Assembly (NCBI GenBank): GCA_977018835.1
Contig: OZ361256.1
Location: 868,001-932,000, forward strand
DNA length: 64,000 nt
Direction of reading: 5' to 3'
Origin: Minutocellus sp. GHC0000111
Taxonomy: Eukaryota
Positions 47,142 to 59,010 of the stretch are shown here, piece after piece. Numbering within the stretch: position 1 is the first letter of the stretch; every line of letters starts with the position of its first letter. The position numbers and the translations under genes are program-made. Under the pieces are notes generated by a model, which saw nothing but the letters and a program-made list of their open reading frames with translations, did no database searches and was not told the DNA's origin.

Positions 47142-48673
47142 TCATTTGTTGGCGCTTGTCATCAGTTTCTGCTTTAACAGCTTCGGTCCTTGTCCTTTTC
47201 CTTGTTCTTGCCACCCGAGAGTTTCGCTCCCCCGCCTCTCCTCGACCTTTGGATTGGATGCCCTCTCCTCAGCCTTGAACTGCGCCGTCTGTTGGGCCTC
47301 ATATCCCTTGACACCCTGAGTCCGACGATCTTCCTTAACGCCCTCTTGGTGGGCTCGCTCTACAAACGATTCGTCGAGCCAATAGATGCCGCCCCATCCA
47401 TTCTTCACTAGCCAAATGTGTTGGTCCAAGATGTGATCTTCGAGTAAGTGCCACTTGGGCGTCATGCTAATGCCGATTGCCCGTGCTTGCTTGAGGGCAC
47501 TTGCAATCAATGCTTCAAGCTCTCTCACAGCCTTCTTTGCCTCATCATCCCATTTCATGTGCCATTTCAGAAACCTGGAATGTGTTGCGTCAAGAGTGTG
47601 GAGCAAATTAGAGCAAGCTTTGCAGAGCTCTTTTATGTCCTCATCCGTCATGCCATCTTCCTCGCGATTGTGCTCTAGGAGAGTTCCTTTGGTGGAGGTG
47701 TTGTGGTGGATGAACTCTGTTGTCCTTGGTTTCTTCTTGTTGTTGCCATCAGAAACATTAATAGACAAAGCTCTCCAGCATTCTGCCAGCACTGCCCTTA
47801 TTTTACCTGAGTCGGCCGCCTCAATGCCGGCCTTTTTCAGGAAATGGAAGTGAGGGGCATCGTCATCCTCGGCATCATCGACAGCTCCCATCTCTGGCTC
47901 GCCATCACCGTGCTTCTGACGATTCTTCTCAAAGCACTGCTGCATGTGCATGCTTCATGTGTAGCGTCCTCTCTTGCAACATCAGCTTCGTCCTCATAAC
48001 AGGGCACATGGTCCTCGTCTTCGTCGTCATCGTCCTCACTGATCTCGCCGGCCTCCGTCGTGGTCAGGGTGCCCACCGTCCCAACATCGTCGTCATTGTC
48101 CCACCCATCGTCCTGGGGGCCATTGCACCCACCAGGGAACTTCTGGGCCTCGAGCAACATCTGCCTGTTGATTTCGTAGTCCATCGCCGCATGTCCCACC
48201 GACACATGTAGTGCGACCGACTTGAGGAATGCATTGCATGCCTTCGTCAAATTGAGCCGCGGCGGCGGTGTTTCGAGGCGGCGAAATTGTTGCTCGACCG
48301 TGACCATGTCGAAAGCCATCCATCCATCATCATGGAGAGCGTCGGCTGCACGAGGATTGATAGAACCGAGGCGAACAAATATGCTCTTTTTGCATGGGGT
48401 TCGCTGAACGTCGTCGGCAAGGCAGTGTCTTGACACCATTTCATCCCATCCATTCTGGTTGTCTGTCCTCACAAAAAACACATCGCAGTCTTCGTGCGTG
48501 TGTTTCTTCTTCTTCAAACCCAAGATGCCCGCAGTGCACATGACGGCGCCGTACATGATGGGACTGCATCCCAACACATTCATCAAGGAGTCGTTGTTGT
48601 TGCCGATGAAATTGTAGTAATGAAGTTCCTTTCTGCGAAGACGGACGAGCAGTTCAGCCAGGGCGTCCTGCAC
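47142..48673 (-). mobile_element. Degenerate Chapaev/Transib(RAG1-like) DDE transposase relic
   Basis: TPKWHLLEDH...GGIYWLDESFVERAHQ matches the H-x4-H ... E-x3-E-x2-H C-terminal signature. Frameshifted and internally deleted. No convincing TIRs found. Confidence 0.6.
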
Positions 48674-49104
48674 TGCAACTCTGTCTGCGGGGTGTTGACC
48701 GCGGGATTGCGGCCGTTATTTTTTTTGCTCATGGAGAATTATGGATCGAGACCAACGGGAATATCACCAGGATGTCGGGAGTACCTGGTTGGTCTCGTGC
48801 CGTAATTCTCCCACACCAGCGCGAGATATCGCCTTCGTTCTGCACGTAGCGGCGGCAATTTGAATTTTTGCCGCCATGGTGGCTCGCGTTGGGCGCGCCA
48901 GTCGGTTGCTTCGCGCGCCGGCCGGCCACCGAAAGTGCGACCAAAAGTATGCGAGTCATCCGGCTGGCAGATGGTGCTGTGTGCCGTCTCGGCTTGCAAA
49001 TCGCGCGATAATCGCAACAAAAGGACCCGGAACTGTTCGGAGGGCGCAAGTAGAGAGTTTTCACTTCCAATTTTGGCTTATGCTTCCCCCACCACCTGAC
49101 GAAC

Positions 49105-49487
49105 ATGAGCACTCTGACCGGCGCTACCCGTACGGCATTCCTTGCATTCTTTGCCTCGCACATACCCATTACACTATGTGTTGACGGCCAGGCGTTTTTA
49201 CCCCGTTCTTTGTACCCCGCTGCGATCCGAGATGTGTTGGACTGGAATACATCTACATTTTCCGACAATCTGATGCGACCGCCGAACTACGACGTGTGGT
49301 TCAGCTCGGTGGTGGCATGTGAGATTGTGTTCCAGCTACCCTTCTTCGTGTATGCTGTCTACTCGCTCCTCGATCCGACACGTGTGAATGGCCGGGGTGG
49401 ATTCCGCACGGCGTGCTTGGTCTACGGCAGTCACACGGCAACAACTCTTGTTCCGATATTGGCAACCATCGCCACTGACCCCGAGAC
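49105..49487 (+). pseudogene. TMEM97/sigma-2 receptor (EXPERA) family gene, 3'-truncated
   Basis: FFASHIPITLCVD, WFSSVVACEIVFQLPFF, LVYGSHTATT. The final helix is missing and is replaced by antisense of another gene. Confidence 0.8.
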
Positions 49488-49956
49488 GTTCTGGTTTTGG
49501 TTCTGGTTCATCTGGGCCTCGTACTCGCACTGCTCGCGGGCGACCTCGCACTCGTTCTCCTCCTCCTCCATCTGGGCCTCGGTGTAGGCGTTGAGGAAGT
49601 CCATCATGGGGGCGAGGTAGCGGGCGCATCCCTTGCCGCCGGAGGTGGGGCAGAGGGTGAACTCGATGGAGTTGTTGGCGATGAGGGCACCGAACTCGTC
49701 TCCGCCGCCCTCCTGGCGGACGGTGGTGGCGGAGTGGCACGAGTCGAACTTGATGGAGTACTCGTGCATCCAGGTGACGTCGCGCTCCTCCTGCTGCTGG
49801 TTCTGGTTCTGGTTGTTGGCGTCCTCGAGGTGACGGATCTTGTGGCCGCCGATGTGCTTGGCGTTGCGCATCATGCGCTGGGTGGGGCGGACGGCCTTGG
49901 TGCCGCGGTGGATCTTGCCGTGGGAGCGGCGGCCGGCGACGGCGGGGACGGCGAGG
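49488..49956 (-). pseudogene. Fragment of a silicanin-1-like (NQ-rich) gene
   Basis: ...LAVPAVAG (leader end), RHL (RXL site), NQNQNQQQ, W..YSIKFDSCH, IEFTLCP, CARYLAPMMDFLNAYTE, CEVAREQC. Codons are GC3-rich. No start codon and no C-terminal TM helix. Confidence 0.7.
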
Positions 49957-50315
49957 TGATTGGACACAAAGGGCAACGTTGTTTGGATTTTATCTTCCGT
50001 GCCTCATATTTCCGCTTTGGTTGGTATACATCGTGGCACGGAACGAAGATGTATTTGGCACCAGTATTGGTGGCAAGAGCAAGTCTGACAAGTCTGCATG
50101 ACCCGTGAAAGGATAAACTTATGAGAACATACGGAAGATGTACCTGCAGAGATCTGTAGGGGCAAGGCACACAACTTTTCATGTGTGCAATAATTCAATT
50201 TTGCATTTGAAAATACCTAGGTATTCAAAAACCAGAAAAGCTCTTCTGTTATCAAAATATACTATTACATTTACTAATTATACAGAATCTAGAGACGAAA
50301 GCGCATTCGCTTTCC

Positions 50316-52520
50316 CTACTGTTTGTCCGAAAACGTGGTGCTCGCAAAGGTCCTGGTCACGGAAGCATGATAATTCGATACTTCGTCCATCTTCTGTGCA
50401 GAGCAAGCGCGGTATCGTTGAGTGAATTCCTCGGGAGCAACATCGAGATGAGGACAAATCGGCTGAGGGAGAGAATCATATCCAAAGATGCAATAGTCTA
50501 TTTGGTAGATGCGTTCGATAGCAGCCTTGGTCGCTGGTTGAAGATCCTCGCACTTGGAGTGCTGATTTTTCAGTTTGTAAGAGCTGTGGAATTCGTTGGG
50601 AACAGAAACGTCGAACCCATTGGCGAGCCTGTCCAGACTTTCGTCCCAGGTTTCCTGGCACATGGCGACGTCGATTCCGAAGGTACCCTCAGGCATAAAG
50701 ACATAACGCCACATAGGAGTGAAATGGGCCCACTTGAGAAGTTCGGGATTCTTCTCGACTTCCAAGACAAATTCGTCGATAGACATGCCCTTCATGTACT
50801 TCTTGGCCCACTCCTGATCGCCAGGGTTGCACTTGTCAGATGTGAGATAGGCAAAGGCACTGACAAATCGGTCACACGGGTGGCGAATGTGAGCCACCTT
50901 AACAAAGTCGGTAAGTTGTCGTTCCTCGGCATCCTGTGTCATGAAGCCGATCGGGCGATGTCCACCGATTGCATGGTGAGCACGGGCATCACTGAAGATT
51001 GCAGAGGATTCGAATGACGAGCCGCCTGTCTTGGGGATGTGCACGTACAAAAGCTTGTTCTCCCTGCTAATGGCCATGGTGCCATCTGTGTCGTAGAGAG
51101 CATCCGAGATAGCGCCCGTATTGGGGATGTCCGAAGATGACAACTCGACGTTATTCTCGGGAGTGATTTCGCCCTCAGGTACAGCTGTACTATCAGCGTC
51201 ATCATCAAAATGAAATGATGGCCCATCGCACAATTTTGACCAACGGTCGAGGAAGGCTGCAATGACGATTGGACGATAATCGGCAGAGTATCCGATGGAT
51301 TCGGTAGCAGAATGGGAGAAATGAAGAGCCTTGATGTGCTTTGTATTCTTGCAGTATTGATGAGATGTACTGTGTAGATTGCTTGCCAGTGTTTCAGCAT
51401 CCCATGCCATGATTTTGGATGCCATGGCATCACCCGCATCGTGGGCCTGAAAGACAGAGTGAGGTTCATTGACGATGGCCTCGTTCCTCGTGACGAGCTC
51501 ACCGAGGGCGAACATGTCGGAAAAAAGTCGTGGCTTTCCCTCTCGGATGAGGCGAAGCTCCTCATTAGCGCCGGCATTTACGCCCTCTTGAAGAAGAGCC
51601 TTAGACACACGATCCCACTCACCGCCGCTGCCGACGATGAGAGAGGGGACGTGACCCTCAAAGGTGGTGAACTTGCCGTCGTCTGGGAAGTTTCTGCCGT
51701 CGATTTCGGCATCGATGTTGAGTGGGATGGTATCATAGTCCGTCATCCAACCACCTCCAAGAGCAGCCATTGCAAAATGGCGAAGGAAGCAAGACTTATC
51801 ATAGAAGATTGCTTCGCCAAGAGGAACATCATTATCGAGTTTGGCGACAATATCGGTGTATTCGGGATGGGCCTCCGCGTGACCGATATTTGAGAATGCG
51901 CTGTAAAGTAAGAAAAATCGAATAAACAAAGGCATCATTGTGGAAAAGAATACGTTGAGAAAATATGGATCTTACATAAATATACGAACATATACCATGG
52001 CATGCAGCGAAAATTATGTAAGGGTTGTAGAACAAATACTTACAGGATTCCAGCCAGCGCCAGACCAAGCCTGCTTCCAAACGGCCAACATTGTGGCATC
52101 GACGTCACTGATTGATTGTCCTTCTTGTATAGCAAAGAAGGTGTTGATAATTGGACGGGTGTCGGTTTCGTCAAAGACAAATATGTTTGCCTGATCTTCC
52201 AGGAAGGGTGCAGCTAATTTGTGGACCGTGTTGACAATACCAGGAGCAAATTCCATCTCGGAGCGGTCAGAAGAAGCGCTTGTGGAATCTACGGCGAGTT
52301 TTCTAAGACGACGGGGGCTGGCATCAGACGCTTGTGGGTTTCCCGATGTTAGCACCAGCGTTGCACCTGTAACGGCGAGGATGGAAGCAAAAATCATTCT
52401 TCTTGCTACCCCTGTTCTTCCGCCGGACGATTCGACAGCGCCAGATAATTCAGGGGTCTGGCGTTGCTTCCGTGGTCGGCGGAGGTGCATTTTGGGCGTT
52501 CTTGAGGTGGATTTGGCCAT
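50316..52520 (-). CDS. Type II membrane glycosyltransferase-like (DxD) + sulfotransferase (Sulfotransfer_2) fusion; intron 51901-52043; 1-bp frameshift ~51890
   Basis: N-terminal TM anchor, WKQAWSGAGWNP|RIL, CFLRHFAMAALGGGWMTDYD, and PAPS-binding motifs YVHIPKTGGSS and IRHPCDRFVSAF. Confidence 0.82.
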
Positions 52521-53039
52521 CTTTATCTTACTATGTGATTTTGATAATGTGGAGAATCGAGGAGCTGAGCAGGGCAGCTTGACAGGCAGGGTGGGCGGCT
52601 GGGTTTTGTAGGAATCCGCGTTAATTCTGAAAATGTAATAAGTGTCAGATTACAATTTCCATATTTCGAATGCTGAGAATAAGTAGGAATTCTTAGCAAC
52701 AGGTTTTGAGCATCTGGCCAAGGGAGGCCTTGATCTGGCGGCGCGTTCTGCTGCTGCTGCGCGTCAGCTGCCTTCAAATTCCAGCAGCAAAATCCCTAAC
52801 AACTGCTACAGCATGCTGTTATTCCTGATTATTTTATGCCATTTTGACTAACCCTAATTCGGCAGAATCTAGCTACGTAGCTAGCTAGAGCACGGCGGAG
52901 AGAGAGGTGCATGCATGCAGAGTGCCGGCAATTAGACTACATGCACATGTAGAGGACCAAGCGGAAAAGGATCATGCAGAGCGGCTGGCTAAGGCAGGAT
53001 TGGTCTTGCAACCATCCAAATCCAAGTGCTGTTATGTTC

Positions 53040-53640
53040 ACTTACAGGACTCCAACCAACCGGCGGCGGACCAGGCATGCTTCCATGCGGCAAGAGTTTC
53101 TGCATCCTCTTTCTTGATCGACATCCCTTCAGGAATGGCGAAAAAAGTGTTCATCACAGGGCGAGCATCGGCTTCATCGAGGGCGAACATGCTCGCCTCT
53201 CATCAGAAAGGAAGGTGGCTGCGATTCTTTCCACTGACTGACTGTGTTGTTGGCAATTGCTGAGGAAATTTCAATTGCGGGAAACACCGCACAACAGTGG
53301 TGGTGTCCTCGGTAACTGCGGCATTGGATGTCAGTTTTCTCGAATGACGAAGGCTTTTGGTGCCATTCCGGCAGCTGGCTTTCACGTCCCACATTGATGA
53401 AAAAGGAGCAGAACTGCCCCCCAAAGCCTGCCATCATGAGCGCCCCCGAAAACAGAGAACTTCTCTGCTTCTCGTCGGCAACGTCCACACATCATCGTCG
53501 AGCAATGTCATTTGGCCTTCCCCGTTCTCTGGCATCATCCTCAGTCGCTTCCGCGTCCGACGGAAATGAGAGGCGCCGCCGCGTTGGCGCTGCGATTTGC
53601 TGGGCTGTTTCAACGTTGTTGTGGGAGACACGCCGTCATT
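53040..53640 (-). pseudogene. Degenerate tandem paralog of exon 1 of the adjacent GT/sulfotransferase gene
   Basis: Reads ASMFALDEADARPVMNTFFAIPEGMSIKKEDAETLAAWKHAWSAAGW, versus ANIFVFDETDTRPIINTFFAIQEGQSISDVDATMLAVWKQAWSGAGW in the neighbour. It ends at the same cct|gtaag donor, and no downstream exon is present. Confidence 0.85.
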
Positions 53641-53995
53641 CTTTTCTTCTAATGACTAGTGTTGAGGAATGCGGGGATTACGAGTTCGTATTTGTTGTTT
53701 TCTCAGCAAAATGGCGGAGGATAGTAACTTCATTGACCAAGTGCCTACGTAGCTACTAGTAGGCCTACTTTTGTTATTGAGGTGATGATGCAAATATCCT
53801 GAAAATGTGACAAGTGTCAGATCTGCAGGCTTCCCAGCTGACTTGAGCTGAGACAGCCCAACCGCCCGTGCCTCTTGGTGAGAGGCGCGCGACTAATTTA
53901 TATTTCTGCCACTTCTGTAGGAATCAGTACTTTCAACGCGTTGGCGTTGGGGACGCATCACACAACGAGAGCTTTGCATCTCGGAATATTTCCAC

Positions 53996-55434
53996 ATGGA
54001 GAACCAAACGCGTTCGTCACGATCTCCGATGAAGGCTGGTACGAGAGCTTTGACGTCTTTTGCTCTTGCCGTCATCGGGGTGGCGGTTTTGCTATGCTCG
54101 TCCTCTTCGAGATTCACCCTGGACGAGCAGCACCGGCACCTTCAAGAGCAAGAACGAGGACTGAGAAATTTTACTGAATCAAGAATCGCGTCCAACATTG
54201 ACCGGCCCCTGCATGTCCTCTCACTTGGAGGATCTGTTACATGGGGGGCAGCAATAGGCGAGCGGCTGGATGCCTACCCCTTCGTGCTGGCTTCCGAAAT
54301 ATTACCACAAAACAGTACTGTGACTAACATTGCCGTGCGAGGAACGGGGGCTGATCTAGCCGCATTGTGCCTACAGAGCATGGTCCTCGAGGGCCACGCC
54401 GAGCAGAATCCGTCCGTGTTAGACGCTCGTGGCGGTCACGACATCGATTACGACGTCATCACCGTCGAATACAGCATCAATGGAATAGAAAATCTGGATC
54501 TCCTTCTCCGGCGTCTTCGTCGGCGTTACCCTGGAGCCATCATCATTTACATCCATGTCTACAGCTGGTTGGTTGAAGCCGTCGACGAAAAGTCAAAAAA
54601 TACAATAGCTAGGCTCATTCGTCGACAAATTTGGAGTGACAGTGGTCAAGAAACGGCATGGCAATGGAGTTCTAACCTCTACAACAATCCTTCCCACCAA
54701 TGGTCTTGGAGGGACAAGCATGACGCCGATTATATGAGTCACATAAAGCGAGAAATTGACTTCTTTGAAAGCGAACTCAGGAAAATAACGCGCTGCCTTG
54801 GTTCGCAGACGACCTTCACCATATCAACGAAGCCGGTCACGCACGAGTAGCTCACGGCGTGGCAAGCATCATCGACACCCACCGAGCTTTACTTGACTCG
54901 TATCCCCAAGAACCAAGCCCTGGATGGGGCGATGGCGGAGGGGACCAGTGCGTATCGTGGTATAGCTCTGGAATCTCAAATCAAGTCCACGTCAACAAGA
55001 ACATCATTCCCTTTGCTCCCTCCAAGTTTGCCGCCGAAGTTACCATGGAAGACGACACTCCTCTTGTAATCGAAGTCGACAACCCGTACGGTGTAAAAAT
55101 GCCGATGGGTTTGTCTACAATGTCTCACCAAAAGGTATATCCAAAAGCAATTATTACAGTGACGCCTAGATTCAATGGTGGTGATGTTACTATTGACAGC
55201 TCGCAACCAGGCACATTGCTTGACCCGTTCAATCGAATTCCAGAATTTAGAAAGAATCATGTGGTTCAGTCCCAATATATCGGGTATTTAGAACCGGGGC
55301 TAAACATCATATCCATCAAGCCCATTGAGAGAACTGATGAGCCTTTGCGTGTAACGGGGTTAGTGATCTGCAAAGATTGCGGTCTACAGGAAATGCTGCC
55401 AATTGCTAGTGCAGTCTCAACAAACAAAGCATAA
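53996..55434 (+). CDS. Type II membrane SGNH/GDSL-like hydrolase; frameshift or deletion near 54790
   Basis: Block I VLSLGGSVTWG, II AVRGTG, III VEYSING. Block V WFADDLHHINEAGH lies in the frame of the downstream ORF. Confidence 0.75.
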
Positions 55435-56851
55435 CATCTGCATTTGCATGAAAATTGGATCTAATAATGAGCTAGCTATGGACTACCGCAGTGCCCAACC
55501 AAGGACACATACGTTTACCAGTAAAAGTAGGCATATGGATTCGTTGACTGATGCATTTGAATGAAAACAAATTGCATTTACATGTACATTGAATATGATA
55601 TATAAGTTCGAACCAGGATAAGAAGCTCCCCGAACAAAATAGGCGTAGCTGTCAGTCCATAGTCAAACAGATTTTGTTACACCTGACCTGGCATGAGGAT
55701 ATTGTTACACCTATCCTGGCGTACCTGTAATCAGATATTGGAAAATTGCTTCGCCCTGTCGTGGTGTAGTGATTTTTGTGAGGTCCCCAGTACTTTGCGA
55801 CTGTTGTGCTTCTGCAGTGAACTTTGCTGCTGTTAGACCGTTGATCGTTTCTATCACTTAAGCGAGATTTTCACGTGGTCAAATGCAGACAATCTCCCAT
55901 TCAATCAATTGACGTCGTCGTTTCTTTTCTTTCCGATTGTAGGTCAGCGTGTGGCTGAGGTCGAGGCGAGTCGAAATAAAGATGTGTAGCTAAAATCTAA
56001 TTTCGCTGCCTGATAGTTTTGGGAACCGAATAGTCCAGAACATTTGTTCACTAGCCACCAATCGGCAGGAATCTGGGTGGATTCGTGCCACACATCACTG
56101 ACACATCATGTGTAGCTGCCTGCTTTGCGATGCTAGCTACGTGGTACTAGTAGCACGGCCGAGCGCGAGCCGAGAGCGGCAGCCGAGCGAGGAACGGGAA
56201 ATCAATACCCCGAAAGCGAGAAAGCATGGGAAGAAACCCAAATCTGGTCTGGCCGTCATCAATACCGGGACCTTCCATGATGTAACAATGATCCCGGCAT
56301 TGAGATTGACTCGCTCGACCCGGAACCCTCCCGCTTACCGCTTCTCCTCATTTTCGTGGAGGTGAGCCCCTGTCGGTGGTTTGACCATGGTGCAACGGCT
56401 GTGGATGGAGGATATTTGGTTGGACCGCCGGTGTTCTGGGTACGGGCAATGACGAGGGAGTTATCTGCCATCGGAGATCAAAATCAGACGACGGGATGAG
56501 CGCCATTCTGGCCAAGTCTTTCGATATGGCTCCTGGGCCCATAACCTATTGGAAGGCCCGATGGCGGACGGTATCGACATTGTTTTGCGGCGGTTATCGG
56601 GCGGTATGGAATGCCAGTGCTCTTGTTACGGGCCATGCGGGCGATGGGGATTCCGAGTTGCAGTTTGCGGGCGCTGCGGTATCTGAGTGGACGCACGAAT
56701 TTTGGTTTCACATGTTCATTTTCTCACGTCCTCCTCCATCACTTCCCACCCCCGTTTCTGTTTGACAGGTAGAGACTTTTGCTCTGACTTCATCGCCGTC
56801 GACTCGTTCCATCACAGCCAATCACCTAATTGATTTACATTTTATTAAACC

Positions 56852-57364
56852 ATGGCTACCGAAGCTGAGATCGCCGAGGCCCGGAAAAAGATGATCGCCA
56901 AGCGAATCGGAGGCGCCAACGCCCAGACCGGAGGCAAGGGCACCGCCCGCCGCAAGAAGAAGTCGACCTCCCGATCGTCCGCGGCCCAGTCCGATGCCAA
57001 GCTCTCCACCACCCTCAAGAAGCTCGGCGCCACCAACATCCCCGGCATCGAGGAGGTCAACCTCTTCAAGGACGACGGCAAGGTCGTTCACTTCACCAAC
57101 CCCAAGGTCCAGGCCTCCATCGGCGCCAACACCTACGTCGTGTCCGGCAACTCGGAGACCAAGCCCCTCCAGGACCTCCTCCCCTCCATCGTCTCCCAGC
57201 TCGGCATGGAGAACCTCAGCCAGCTTCAGAACTTCGCCTCCGCCGCCCAGGCCGGTGGTATGCCTGGTATGGGCGGCATGCCCGGGGCCGGGGCCGACGA
57301 CGATGATGACGACGATGTCCCCGACCTCGTCGATGGCAACTTCGAGGAGGTTAGCGAGAAGTAA
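56852..57364 (+). CDS. BTF3: Nascent polypeptide-associated complex subunit beta
   Basis: TGGKGTARRKKK, IPGIEEVNLF, VHFTNPKVQASIGANTYVVSG, DDDVPDLVDGNFE. Confidence 0.97.
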   Translation: MATEAEIAEARKKMIAKRIGGANAQTGGKGTARRKKKSTSRSSAAQSDAKLSTTLKKLGATNIPGIEEVNLFKDDGKVVHFTNPKVQASIGANTYVVSGNSETKPLQDLLPSIVSQLGMENLSQLQNFASAAQAGGMPGMGGMPGAGADDDDDDDVPDLVDGNFEEVSEK

Positions 57365-57671
57365 GCCGCGGGTATAATGTGCAGAAAAAAAGAAAGCATA
57401 TTGTACTGGCCGGTTTATTTTAGATAGATTGCAAAGATGTACCTTTCCTTCTCTGGTGTTCATATATAATAAATCTAAAAAAGTCAAGTCGGACGACAAA
57501 AATGTTTTCACTCGTTGATGAGCGAGTGCGATACTGGTACACAAAAGAGAAATCAACGAGAACAGAACATGAGAAAGGAAAGGAGCAGAGGCCTTATTGT
57601 TGGGAAGTATCCCTTCACTACTGCACTTAATCTGTTTGTCTACATGTACAGCGCGTGCACCCTGCTATCTG

Positions 57672-58646
57672 CTATCGGTCTTTATCATTCTGCTCGACAT
57701 CAACACTCTTTCTACTGTGCTCTTCGTCTACTCGTGACGAAGAATGGATCTTTCTCACCTCCAAACCCCTTGATCTGGTCAGCGTCGACGCCAAGAAGGT
57801 CGGCCCGGGTATCCTCGGTTCATCGTTCGCATTGCTATCGGTGCTTGTATCTTCCTCCAATACGTTCCTCATCGCATCCAATACTATCCTCTCTGCATCC
57901 TCCAGGCTGGACGCATCGGCACAGTTGTGTTCCTCCAACTTCTGGACGATCCTGTCCACCACCATGCCACCGCCAATGCAACACATTGGTTCTACTTTTT
58001 GAACCATGCCCGATGGATCTATTCTGTACAATCGACAACGGCTGTTGGATGATGAAGGCGATGCCTCACCAGTGGTGGTATTGTCACTAAATGTACCGCT
58101 GGGAATGTGCGCCACCAACAACGAACAACCAAAGGGACGGCAACCGGGCTTCATGGTGTACCGCTGGAACAGCTAGCTGACTTCCTCCAGAAACAAATCG
58201 ATGGGGATCATCTCGCTACTGCCGTCGGCGCTGCCGTCGTCGTGGAAGGTGTAGGCGTGCTCGACCGCCAGCCTTTGCGCCGCCGCCGTCACCGCCCGGC
58301 CGTCGGCGCTCACGCCGCTGTGGGCGACTGCGATGGTGTCCGATATGCGCACGAAGCGGGCCGTCCCGTCATCGTCCACCAGTGGACTCGGAGTGCCAAA
58401 GAGCGATGCCATCACGCATCCTCTGCCGTTACGGAGCGATACGGCCACGACGGGCGGGCCGAGGGAGGCGGCTCGTTGGGCGCGCTCGACTTGGTTGAGC
58501 CTGCCCTCCTTGTCGAAGGTGGAGAGAGAGAAGGAGTAGCGACCACCGTCTGCTGAGGAGGATCGGCCGGGTAAGGCGACTGCGCAGTGGGGGCAGAACG
58601 CCAGTGTTGTTATCAGGGCCAACAGGGTTGGCAAGAGGGTCGTCAT
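57672..58646 (-). CDS. Divergent 20S proteasome alpha(2)-like subunit with signal peptide; in-frame TAG at 58173-58175
   Basis: YSFSLSTFDKEGRLNQVERA, HSGVSADGR, YTMKPGCRPFGCSLLVA, LYRIDPSG. The two ORFs are in the same frame. Leader MTTLLPTLLALITTLAFCPHCAVA. Confidence 0.85.
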
Positions 58647-59010
58647 CTTGCTTGGCAGTACTAGTAGCAGTCCATCCAGGGTCCGCGCCCAGGGACCCGA
58701 AAAATGAGCAGGGCAGGGGATCGCGCGGGACATACGGTAGGCTAGTACGTACGTAGCTACGCAGTTTCGTACTTACTACGTACTACTCTAGGCCTACCTA
58801 CTCCGCGTAAACCGCCCCTTGCTTCCCACATTGAAGACGCGACTGCACAACACCCACACGAGAAAGAAGAATCCAACCTGCGAGCGAAGGCAACTGCACA
58901 ACACGGAGAACGATTGATTCCTGCAGAGAACCATAAGGTGCAAGCATTATTTGTACCGCACAGCACTAGCTAGAAGCTGAAATTATTTGATCTCTCGAAG
59001 AACAACATCA

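Noticed and set aside
55672..55722. Repeat ttgttacacct..cctggc, reminiscent of the U1 snRNA 5' end, with a downstream Sm-like site
   Set aside because: Lacks ACTTACCTG and the U1 loop motifs; it is only a short imperfect direct repeat.
56108..56765. Short ORFs upstream of BTF3
   Set aside because: No recognisable motifs or consistent frame.
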